This document shows, piece after piece, positions 35,716-48,240 of a stretch of 64,000 nt of DNA. The stretch's first letter is position 1, and each line of letters starts with the position of its first letter. The notes beneath the pieces were generated by a model. It was not told the origin of the DNA. It searched no databases and saw nothing but the letters and a program-made list of their open reading frames with translations. Origin of the DNA: Dimorphilus gyrociliatus (lineage: Eukaryota > Animalia > Annelida); the NCBI GenBank assembly GCA_904063045.1, contig CAJFCJ010000020.1, forward strand, positions 736,916 through 800,915, read 5' to 3'. Both the position numbers and the translations under genes were made by a program.

Positions 35716-35821
35716 TAAATGAAATCCTATTTCAATAGTTAATTTTGTCGGATTATGCTAGAAATATGCTAAAACAAAAATTAAACATTTTTACATAAAA
35801 GTGAATCTAGAATTTCTGTTA

Positions 35822-36591
35822 TCAACTTTTATTTGTAATTTTAAATAGTATAATATCACGAGCTTTATCATAGCCAATGCGCGTAACAACAAAATCTCTC
35901 TCTTTTAACAAATTTAGAAACTTCTCGTCCCTTTGATAACGAATTTTACAAGTAAGAAGTATGAAATTCTTCTGACTAGATAGGTGCCTTAGCGTCTCCA
36001 GTAATTTTTCAAAAGTTTCTTCAATGTAAATTATATCGGCAGCAATAATCAAATCATAGTGATTATCGTAATCCTTTAGATTAACACCCCACTCAAGTTC
36101 CCTGACTGAAATTATACTTTCGTTCAGTGAATTAACTTCCACATTTTTCTTTAAAGAGTCTAAAGCTAATGATCTATCAGTAAGCACAACTTCAGCAGCA
36201 TCTGTTTTTAAAGAAGTATATCTGATAGTGTTTATCACGTTTATAATTCGTGGATATATACCTAGGCGACAAGCTATCATTCCCGGTAAACCAGTTCCAG
36301 CTCCCACCTCAATAATACTCTTATTTCTAACTAAATCAGGGTTTTTATGTAAATATTCACCCAAAACAATGGCCTGTTTAAAAATGGAAAAGTATTCAGT
36401 TATTCAATTTTTATCTTAAAAAAACAGATATACAGTACAGAGTCCCATAATACAGCCGCTATTCCAATTGATTGCCAATCCTGGATAATTTGTAGAGAGA
36501 AATCACCAATTGATACTTCTCTTAAGTTTAAAAAATGACGAGGTACTATACTCTCATCGTACACTACTAATGCTTGATTTGACGTGGTCAT
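35822..36591 (-). CDS. METTL21A: Protein-lysine methyltransferase METTL21A-like (family 16)
   Basis: ALVVYDE..IIQDWQSIGIAAVLWDSAIVLGEYL, motif I EVGAGTGLPG, LTDR, ELEWG, YDLIIAADIIY, KIRYQRD. Confidence 0.8.
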
Positions 36592-37056
36592 TTTGAAATT
36601 TATAATGGATAAGCATGTGATAAAAAAGGGATAATTCTGAAACTTATTTGGCATTTACAGTTAAATTAATTGTTAGAAAATGCAAAAAAGAAACGAATTG
36701 AGTTAGCTGTCAATCGAAAAATATTCTTGCAAATTAAACTCACGGTATCCATAATTCTAAGAAGAATTTTCTTATTTTTCAAACTAAGTATTATTAACAA
36801 ATGCTATAATTCCAAGTCAAGAAAACAGCAAAAATTTCCATAAAATTTTAAAGTATTTAACAACTAAAAAAATACTGCTAATTTTGTAATAAATATAACC
36901 AGTTTTCAACAAAGAACAACCATACTTTCTTAGAGTGTTTCACTTGTACATTTGATTCTATCAAGTATTTGGTAATATCATTATTTTCCCCTATTTAAAA
37001 CTTGTTTAGAGATATTTTTTCCTAACGTATCTCTTGTTTAGTTTAACTAAAACAGT

Positions 37057-37491
37057 ATGCCGAAGTCGAGAGAATTCCTAACCACTTCTGAGTCGGATTC
37101 TGATGATAGTCCACCCAAGGTATACCGCTTTTCATAGCCCGCTAAAACAATACAACTTGTTTTCCAAGGCAAAAAAACGCACGATAGAGAAAAAGCCCAA
37201 ACCAAAGGCGAGTGCTTCGAAAGAAACTCCAGATGATGGAAAAGTTCAATTGGCCGCCAAAAAGTTCGTCAGTATAAGTGAATTTAGGAGCCGAAAATAC
37301 GTTGATATTAGAGAGTATTATGAAAAAGATGGGAAAACTTTACCCGGAAAGAAAGGTTTACTTTATTTAATAGTTTTACTGTATCTTCCAAGCATTTTTT
37401 CAATCTATTAGGTATTGCGCTTGATGAAGCGGCTTGGAATAAGCTGAAGGATAACATAAGTGTTATTGATGAAATGTTCAAGAATCGCTAA
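37057..37491 (+). CDS. SUB1: Transcriptional coactivator PC4/SUB1
   Basis: [17 protein letters not shown]-terminus and [33 protein letters not shown]|IAL ssDNA-binding domain, 3 exons. Confidence 0.95.
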
Positions 37492-37799
37492 TTATTATTG
37501 CATACTTTTTCACATCCTCAGCTTTATTAATTAATTATCCTTTTTACTGAGAACACGTACCGCCATGTAAACAAAAGTACTCAAGTGTTTAATACAAGCA
37601 TTTTATCTGAAGAAAATTGTCAGAAAATATTTCGTTTATAAGTTAGGAAACTTATAAGTTAGGAGAAACTGTATTTAGTGAATCTATAATAAACGTAGCA
37701 TAGAGACAAGTACAAGAAACATTTTAACTATTTTATAGCATTAGTCTTAATTAAATTAGCTTTTACACTTTACACGTATCACGTCTTCATTCAGGATAT

Positions 37800-39456
<1,657 letters not shown>

Positions 39457-40450
39457 TTTCTGTAGGATAAGAATAGCTTTTGTTAATAAAATATATCGTT
39501 TTGAACTGTTTTTTGAATCTTACTGCTGTAAATTATTCAATAAAACGAATATAAAAAACCACTCTAAATGTAAACAACACATTCTGTGTCTCAGTTATAA
39601 TTTTATCTCGAGTTCTTATAATATACTATAATTTTTGATTTACAAAAACCACTTACGATGTTCAAATTAATTGTAGTTTCTCAATGCTCAAGCCAAGTTA
39701 AGGGTTAAATAACTGCAAGACAGAACCGGGATCAAAGACTGGCTCCTATTCCTTAGCTTTTTTAATCAAACTAAATAACCACTCGCTAGAGTTATCAAAT
39801 GAGAAAAAAATGTCTATCACTCGAAAGAAAGAGAAAGTCAATATATTCGTTATGATCTATATAAAACAATAAGTTAATACAAAGATTGTCAATACATGTA
39901 ACGAATGCTAGTGTATTCTTGTTTTAAGAGTTCCCAAATAATTATTAACTATTATTGATTTCTTATAACCTCAAGTCTGAGGAAAGTATTAAGTTAGGCT
40001 AGACAACTTTGTGATCTGTTTTTTAATTTGATAAATACACAAACAAATTGCTTTATGTAGTATGTTGCATCTTAATTCTATTGAGCTGCAGACAGTTTTT
40101 CGATAATTGTTGAATAAGATGGCTGAAGTATGAGAAAATTTCTCTTTAAAGCATGTATAAGTAATGATTTTTTCAAAACTTTAAATTATATTACTTCTAT
40201 GAAAAACTGGTAAGTCTGAGCAGTGTCATTTTTTTCGAACAGGAAGCGGAAGTCCTCCGAGGTGTCAACACCAGTGAGAGTAGAGCTACGAAGAAAACTG
40301 CTGCTTATAACATCTTGCAAATTGAGACACCAGTACTATCCACTAACAGCATCGTGGTGCCTTGTTTCAAATCTGACAAGTATTGAAAAAAATACGGTAG
40401 TCCGTCGTTTAGCATCAATATCGATTTCCTTACCATTTGGGAACCGAAAG

Positions 40451-41785
40451 ATGGAAGACGGAGACGTTAGAGCTTGTATCGAGAATAGAAAGAGCAGGAG
40501 ACGACAAAGATCTCATGAATCAGGAGATTCGGAAGCTGAAGAGGGAAAGTATAAGCATATAGCACTTAATGTCCTAAAGAACAGTGAACGAATGAAATCT
40601 TGCTCACGATCATTGTGTGCTCAAGGATACAATTGCAATAATTTTGACAAAAGAGGACGATGCATACATGAGCAACCGGATGCATTTTGTAAATGTGTTT
40701 GCGAATCCACAAAGGAAGCACCATGCGGAGGTCCAACGTTCATAAACGATTGCTGTTGCGCAGTTAGTAATCCTAGTTAGTTGCTTTTAATTATACATTT
40801 GCATATCATGTCTTAATATCAATTTTCCCAAGCTTTTACTTGGTTATGGGATGGTGAGAATGCGAAACAATCTGGAGAGTCGTCTGTCTATCTTAGCCAT
40901 GAAAAAAAAATGGTCATTTTCCATATGAATTATAGCCGTGGAACGGCTGCAATAAAAGGAGATACGTTTATGACAGAAGGACAGCACTTCTGGGAGATTA
41001 AAATGATGAGTTCAGTATACGGAACAGATATGGTAAGGAAATTAATTACGTAGAAATAATATATGTCAGTAATGATCTTATTTTTCGCTTTGAAAGATGG
41101 TTGGTGTAGGAACAGAGAAAAGCAAAACGGGTGGATATGAATCGTCATTCGTCAGCTTATTAGGTAACGATACAGAAAGTTGGGGATACTCGTATTTGGG
41201 ATATTTAAAACACGACCGTGCGGAGCATAGGTATGGAGTGGGATTTGGTCAAGGAAGCATAATTGGAATTCATTTAGATTTATGGCATGGGACCTTATCC
41301 TTTTACAAAAATCGTTATCCCCTTGGTAAAATACTTTACTTTCTTTTATCTTTGCTTCGGAGAATTAACGAAATTGTAAATTTATTGTTTTTTAATCAGG
41401 TATAGCATTTGTAAATTTACACGGATTGAATCTTTGTCCAATGGCTATGTCAACGGCGGCCAGAAGTGCCATGAAAATAGTACAATCGCAAAGTTCGCAT
41501 ACCACGTTATTCTATTTTTGTTGCACAAGAATTCGAAGGTGTTTTGCGCCCGAATCTGACTGCTTAGAATTACTCAAACCTTATCTACCTCCGGGATTGT
41601 ACAAATTGCTGACAGAAAAGTATTATTGGATATTTCAAAAATCGTGCATTTTCAAAGACGATATAACTTCCCCACGGAAAAGGAGTAATACATTAAGGAG
41701 TGAAGATAAGTCTTTTACACCTGAAACGAAAAAGAATAGAAAAATTGACGAAATTTTTGACAGTGATGAAGAACTGGGGCAATAA
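40451..41785 (+). CDS. SPSB3: SPRY domain and SOCS box protein 3; start may lie further upstream (open frame from 40223)
   Basis: YSRGTAAIKG, GQHFWEIKMMSSVYGTDM|MVGVG, SLLGNDTESWG, FGQGSIIGIHLDLWHGTLSFYKN, STAARSAMK, SOCS box TLFYFCCTRIR...LPPGL. Confidence 0.92.
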
Positions 41786-42705
41786 TTTGTCAAAACTTAC
41801 CTTTCGAACAGTCTATTTATACTTGCACTGTGATTCTATTCTACACTTGATGTTCTGAATTTTAAAAAATGTAATTCTAATAGTCAGAAAGATTCATCTT
41901 AAGAAATAGAGTGGATTAACCAAACGGTAGAGTCTACTATATGAGTGAAAATATTTTGATATCAAGATGTTAGAAGTGAAACTGCTCGACACGTATAGTC
42001 AAAAATTTGTAGCGAGGGTGTACTTCATTTTGTCATTGCACCACTTAAGACAAATAGGCTGGAGATGAAAGTCGTCTTCCTATCGACTCGAAGATAAATT
42101 AACAATAAGATAAAATATTTATTTTGATGGAGAGTTACTTTAAATGCTTTGATTCAAACTTTTTTAGCCTTAAATATTATTTGAGTGGAAAATTGCTTTT
42201 TTTTTTTATCAAGTATTTAAGAGTTAAAAGTTGATTTAAAATTTGCAATTGTTATTTACATTGGATATGCTTCGGGAAAAAAAACATCAGAGTAAATAAC
42301 ATTCTTTATGGTTTCTTACTCCAATTTTTATTTATTTTTGTGGAAATCATCTGTGATTATATACAAGATTATACGAAAAATCAGTCATTCTAAAAAATGC
42401 TTAAATAAATCTAAATAAGTCGATCCTTAATGAATGATATTGGTGTAAGATGTTTGTTGAAGTTTTGTTGCAGCACATAGAATTCGCAAAGCATTTGTAA
42501 AGATGGAAATTCCAGCTTCAGAGTTGTTCTATGAAGTATAAAAAGTTTTTTAGTTCTAATACTTCTCAAGTAAAGACATCAGGACACTTAAAACCAGTTT
42601 TTTGTGTTAAAGTAGGGTAAATTCGAACAAAAAGTGTTTACTTTGATATGCGAACTCCTTGTCAAAATAATTCTTGTACTATACTATATGTATTTTATAA
42701 CGATG

Positions 42706-43804
42706 CTATGATATAAATTTTTGACTACTCACTTGCGAGACTGGTAATTCCTGGGATGTCTCAATTGTTTCTGAAGAAAGCTCTTTATATCTCCTAGATG
42801 TTGGGCAGTGCAAAGCTTTATGGCCTAACTGTCCACAGTTATGACAGTTTATTGCCAACAGCCGAGAACTTTTAAATGATCTTGATTCGGCAAAAATAGG
42901 GCTGTAAATAGAAATATAATTGAGCTATCTTGAGGCAAAAAACAGTAAATTTATTATTCAAATTATGAAATTGCATTAAATAGCATTTTCAATATTTTTG
43001 AAAATATGAAACTGTTTATTCTTGCACTATATACAGTTACATATATATATATACATATATATGTGGAAAATATTACTGAACGTAAGGACAGTCCTTCCCT
43101 CTGATACAAAAGCCAACTAAATAATTATTACAAATCACTCGTTTGACATGTTTCAGTCTGCATGTAGGCCCTGAAAAGTATATTTTAGTAATTTAAGAGC
43201 ATTAAATTACTTCTATTGAGCTGCTATGTTTAATGAATATCACTGAAACCACCTACCTGAACGGCAAAAGCCACGATCGTAAAGTGGGCAACGCCCTTCG
43301 TTTGTTAATTTAACATGAAGAAACACGCAATCCTTATTTGTGCACTCTCCTTTTGTTTATTAGAATTATATATTACGAGTTTTTGCTTATTATCTTCTTT
43401 CTAATAAAATATTTATTATCTTTTGTTTAACTAACCATTAACTGCGTAAAAATAACATTCGGGCATTCTACTCATATCAAATTGATGGCGAAATTCACAG
43501 TCATCACCTTTCTTACATAATCCCCTTAACCAATGCTTGCAGACAACTGCTCTTTTACTTTTCATATGCCTATAAGGGCATAACTCTCGAGATGGACATT
43601 GCCCGTAGTAATACTTTAAACATACCGAAGATTTTGACTCTATATTTTGCAAAAAATTAACTTTTATATTAAACGGAAATAGTTTTATAGCTTACTATCC
43701 ATCCCTACAAATGATAAGTAATTGTAGGGATATTGACGGTCAAGCTCTTTTTCAATATCAAATATAATATTTGATACGTCTGATGTTTTTTTAAAATTCG
43801 ACAT
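42706..43804 (-). CDS. CPSF4: CPSF4/CPSF30-like protein (5 CCCH fingers plus a CCHC knuckle); 3' end tentative
   Basis: IIFDIE..FVGMD|KS, VVCKHWLRGLCKKGDDCEF, MPECYFY, CPLYDRGFC, VICNNYLVGFC, knuckle CHNCGQLGHKALHC, over 5 phase-compatible exons. Confidence 0.82.
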
Positions 43805-44783
43805 ATTTCATTGAAAAACATGTGTATTCCAGAGAAATTTTATTTTATATTTTTGAATTTCTCCAGTTCTATTCCAGATATATTTCGTCCACGGTGATTG
43901 GATACTTTTGGAATATAGATGATATATTTCAGTTCCTTGTTCATAATAATTAATTACAATGAGATGCGGAACGTTAACCATACATTTGATATGGACACTG
44001 AACTTGTACTGCGAATCAATATCGATTATGATGGAACTTTTGCAATAGAAACATCCCATCAGTTTATAGACTTCTTGTTTCATTTACCTCTCCTCTAGAG
44101 ATAATAAACAATTTAAGCATTTAAGTTTGTTATTATTACTCGTAAAGATAGAAAAAGCGGAAATTGTTAAATTACGTTACAGTTGTTATACATCAGTGAA
44201 ACCCGCAAGAATACTTTCGTAGAATTAAGTACAATTGCAAATACAAGTATTTACAATTATTCATTCAATATTTACAAGTTTACGTTAATTGAGACTAAAC
44301 TTTTTAAGATTTGTAAAACAAAAGCCTAAAACAACTATTTAATTTTATTACAACAAAGAATGTTACAGCTTTTAAGTTTTTTGTGACCAAGAGATGTAAA
44401 GAAAAGTAATTCTAGGTAAATTTTAATGCTTTAAAGTACTTTTCGCACTTGTTATTCACTATTTACTTCATAGAAAAAAAAGAAGAAGATAAATTTAGCT
44501 TGATAAACGGACTATAATATAAAGAGTTTACGTTTGATCAATCTAAAGCAAACAAGAATTTTGAGGATGAGATTACAAGGGCAAGATTTTAAGTTTTTTC
44601 ATTAAAATTCTCCATTTTAAAGACAATGTATTAATCTCTTTGACTCTCTTCAAAAAATTAAGTGGAGGATATGTAAAGTTTCCAGTGTTCTTTTAAGAAT
44701 GTCTTAAACTATATTTTGCTTTCGAGTACGTTATGTTTTCTTTCAAACGGCTTAAATATTTACTTTTCTTTTTAATAGCAAGC

Positions 44784-46025
44784 TCATCGATTGATTGTAT
44801 CTCTGTTTTTAGGGGAATAAATCGCATAATAGAAAACAATTACCTTATAGAAAATGTACAATATACAGTATAGTCTTAAAAAAAAAACATGGCTTAAATT
44901 TGGATTACCTTCTTGATTGAAGTCAAAGAGTTTTGGTATCATTACGGTTCTATTCGATTGAAATACACTTAATGATTGATCAAGTATTAATCTCTCAACA
45001 ATTTGGTTTGGGTCACCCATCTCTTGCGAACCTAAACTATTGAAAAATGGTAAACCAAGCGCTTCTACTGCTGTAATTCGTTTGTTCGGTGGATAAACTA
45101 GTATGTTTTCAATAAAAGGAACAATTTCTGAATAGGTTCTGGTAGAGTCTGAAAGTAGAACTCTTTTCCAAGGATGAGGAGTAATTTGTGGAAATCGAAA
45201 ATCACGAAACTCGGGATTCATTTGATCAATATCTTCCTTGGTAGGAGTACCTAAAACTTTGATTATCTCCACTAACTGATCAACACTATCGTTTCCGGGA
45301 AATAGAGGACGACCTATCATCATCTCTCCAATTACACAACCTACTGACCATAAATCAATTTGAGTTGTATATTTTACGCATCCAAACATTAATTCGGGAG
45401 CTCTATAATATCTTGAACATATGTACGCTACACTAGCTTCTCCTGGTTCAAGGAGTTTTGCAGAACCAAAATCGCAAAGTTTTAAAATTCCCGTTTCATC
45501 GTTAATTAGTAAATTTTGAGGTTTAATGTCCCTGTGGCAATAGTTTAATCTATGCAAATATGCTAAACCGCGGAATAATTGATAAGTAAAAATTTTTATC
45601 CAAATCAATGGCATTGCTCTTTCCCTTTTTGCATAAACTCGTATAGTTTGATAAAGCGTGTAAGGTAAATATTCAATAATCAAGTTCAGATAAAGTTCTT
45701 TTGAATTATCGCCGTGAGTATAATAATAATAAAGTAAGTTAATCAAATTTATATGCGTAAGATCTTTCATAATTTGTAATTCTCTGTTTTTATATCGTTT
45801 GTCTAGAAGAACTTTCTTTATAGCAATGATCTTATCAACTTTAGTATCACCGCAGTAAATTAATTGAGCTTTAAAAACCACACCAAACGAACCACTACCA
45901 ATTTTTTCGCGTTTTATCCATTTCAATTCAACAATCTTTTCTTGTTCATTAGCAAGAGCTCTCTTAGACGCATATATCGTTGTTACTTGAGCATGATCAG
46001 CAAGTTTATCTTTTCCATTAGCCAT
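44784..46025 (-). CDS. GSK3: Glycogen synthase kinase-3 family kinase, divergent; kinase domain in one exon, C-terminal exon unresolved
   Basis: IGSGSFGVV, AIKKVLLDKRYKNRELQIM, HRDIKPQNLL, LKLCDFGSAK, YICSRYYRAPEL, FPGNDSVDQLVEIIKVLGTP. Donor at 44908 after FDFNQE; likely ATG at 46025. Confidence 0.9.
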   Translation of the reverse strand: MANGKDKLADHAQVTTIYASKRALANEQEKIVELKWIKREKIGSGSFGVVFKAQLIYCGDTKVDKIIAIKKVLLDKRYKNRELQIMKDLTHINLINLLYYYYTHGDNSKELYLNLIIEYLPYTLYQTIRVYAKRERAMPLIWIKIFTYQLFRGLAYLHRLNYCHRDIKPQNLLINDETGILKLCDFGSAKLLEPGEASVAYICSRYYRAPELMFGCVKYTTQIDLWSVGCVIGEMMIGRPLFPGNDSVDQLVEIIKVLGTPTKEDIDQMNPEFRDFRFPQITPHPWKRVLLSDSTRTYSEIVPFIENILVYPPNKRITAVEALGLPFFNSLGSQEMGDPNQIVERLILDQSLSVFQSNRTVMIPKLFDFNQEGNPNLSHVFFLRLYCILYIFYKVIVFYYAIYSPKNRDTINR

Positions 46026-46831
46026 ACTATACCCTATTAAGGATATTCTTTTTCTCTTCTTTGTTTTTAAGATAATAAAATTTTGAAAAATTGAATGTTT
46101 AAAACTTTTCATACACTGAGTTTGTCATTTACATCAAATTATATCTAAAATCAATTTTATTTATAAAATATATTATTTATATTAAATAAGTCTATTTTTG
46201 GAGAATTTTTATAAATCAATTGATTTATTGTTATGGATGAATAATACGTTTTATAACACGTTTTTGAAAAAAATATGTCTAGAACCTGTCTAAATCTGTT
46301 AAGATAGAAGTTTTCGAATATTATTATTTTTCTGTGGTCATTTTATAGGCTTTTCATAATCTCAAGTAAAAATACATTTTTTTTGTCTAGATTTAATCTA
46401 TTTAAACTAAAATCGATTAGAAAGACTTGAAATTATAATGGGTTTGAAACATTTGCGCATCAACTCATCTTTTACCAGTTTTCACTTTCTTCGGACTGTT
46501 TTCCGTAGGCGTTCACTTTGTTGCGGAAGGTATTTTTGTTACAAAATATTGAATATTTAGTAATTAAACTATCATATTTTGATTTATTTAACATATCTCG
46601 CTTTATTTAAAGTATTTTTAAAATAATTCATTGATAGTATGTGATGATGAGTAATGAACAAGCGACGTTTATTGATTTACCTTATTGATTGACATATACG
46701 AACGAGTCATGACTACCTGATGTATTTTGTATTTGTTAATTTTTGCTAGAACGATAAACCAAGAGGTGTAATTTTACTCAAGACATAAATTTTACTCATT
46801 TTTTCAGTTTTGATACCTCTGTTAGTTCAAC

Positions 46832-47858
46832 ATGTCAGTTTTATACTCGTGTATTGCTAGAGGAGATATTATTTTGTGCCAAGAATGCAAAGAAGGCAGT
46901 TCTGTGACTTATGAAAATAAACTTCGCAGTATCCTACCAAAATTACAAGCTAAAGATGCTAAAACATCTTACGAATCAAATGGGTGAGTCGATAAGAGTG
47001 ATTTAGCCATTTTAAGTCACACCTGATTGTATATTACTGAATAACAACATCACATGATACGATAAACTAGAGCATTGTATTTTTTTTCGACAGATTTATG
47101 TACCATTTGATGCTAAAGGATGATTTAGCCTACGTTGCTGTAACTGATCCAAGCGTAGGTAAATTAATGCCTCACACATTCCTTGGAAAGGTTTGTGATT
47201 CATTCTTTTATCTTAATGAATATATCATTCTTTAAGATGTATCTTGTGTTTAGATCCATGAAGAATTTAGTCAGACTAGTCTTGTTCAGAGAGCTGCTTT
47301 TGCCTCACCGTATGAATTTAATATGGATTTTTCACCATGTCTAGCTGCAGAAATGGTAGGATAATTACAAATTGATGATTCATAAAGGCTATTTTAAAGG
47401 TTTTAAACGAATTTCTCAGAGACGAGCAACGGAAAACGGATATGGACATATAGCAAACTTGAACAATCAAGTAAACGAAGTAAAAGGTATAATGACTCAA
47501 AACATTGAAAGTGTCCTTCGAAGAGGAGAAAATTTAGAGGACCTTGAAGACAGAACAACTGCACTAGAGGATACGGTTAGTATTGTTTCCTTATAGTAAT
47601 AAAACAATAAAGATTAAATAGTAAATCTAATTATATAATAATGACTTTTTCACATAACAGAGCAGAGTTTTTCAACAAACGGCCAAACAGGTTAGGAGAA
47701 AATATTGGTGGCAGAATATGAAAATGCGAATCATTTTGGTTCTGGTTGTCTTAGCTGTCATTGCTGTTATTGTTATAATCATTTGCGCATCGACTGGTGT
47801 ATTTTCAAAAAAATCCTCGTCGCCTAAAACAACTGTAAAACCATCATCTAATCCTTGA
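46832..47858 (+). CDS. VAMP7: Longin R-SNARE, VAMP7-like
   Basis: Longin start MSVLYSCIARGDIIL, SNARE QVNEVKGIMTQNIESVLRRGENLEDL, RKYWWQNMKM plus a TM helix. Confidence 0.8.
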
Positions 47859-48240
47859 AACAATTACAATTTATTGAAGATTTTAAGTGAAAAGACAAAA
47901 TTAAGGCTCCGAAACAAATAAAAAAAAAAGAAAATGAAAAAGAAAACAATATGATTTTGATATATTTGGAATATATACTATTTAAGTATACAATTATAAT
48001 AATGATTTTGTCATATTCAATAACTTATTGAAAGATAAAGAAAAGTCAGTTCAGACATTGTAAAATGTTTTCTTTTTGTATATATATATATATCACAGCA
48101 CCTGAAAATCACAAGAAAAGTAATACTACATTAAGAAAAAACAATGGAATATTTGACTTAAAAAATCTAAATTATAGTATATAAAATCTAATTGATACAA
48201 ATTCAATATTATTCTTTTATAATTATATATTTATAAAATA

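Noticed and set aside
36202-36261. 20-aa insertion in the METTL21A-like ORF
   Set aside because: It is a 60-nt GT-AG intron that happens to lack stop codons.
42411-42528. Exon-like minus-strand segment encoding FPSLQMLCEFYVLQ (BC-box-like)
   Set aside because: I could not find a phase-compatible upstream exon; a short motif like this can arise by chance.
44784-44908. Hydrophobic C-terminal tail of the GSK3 ORF
   Set aside because: Follows a GTAATC donor and has intron-like composition; likely read-through into an intron.
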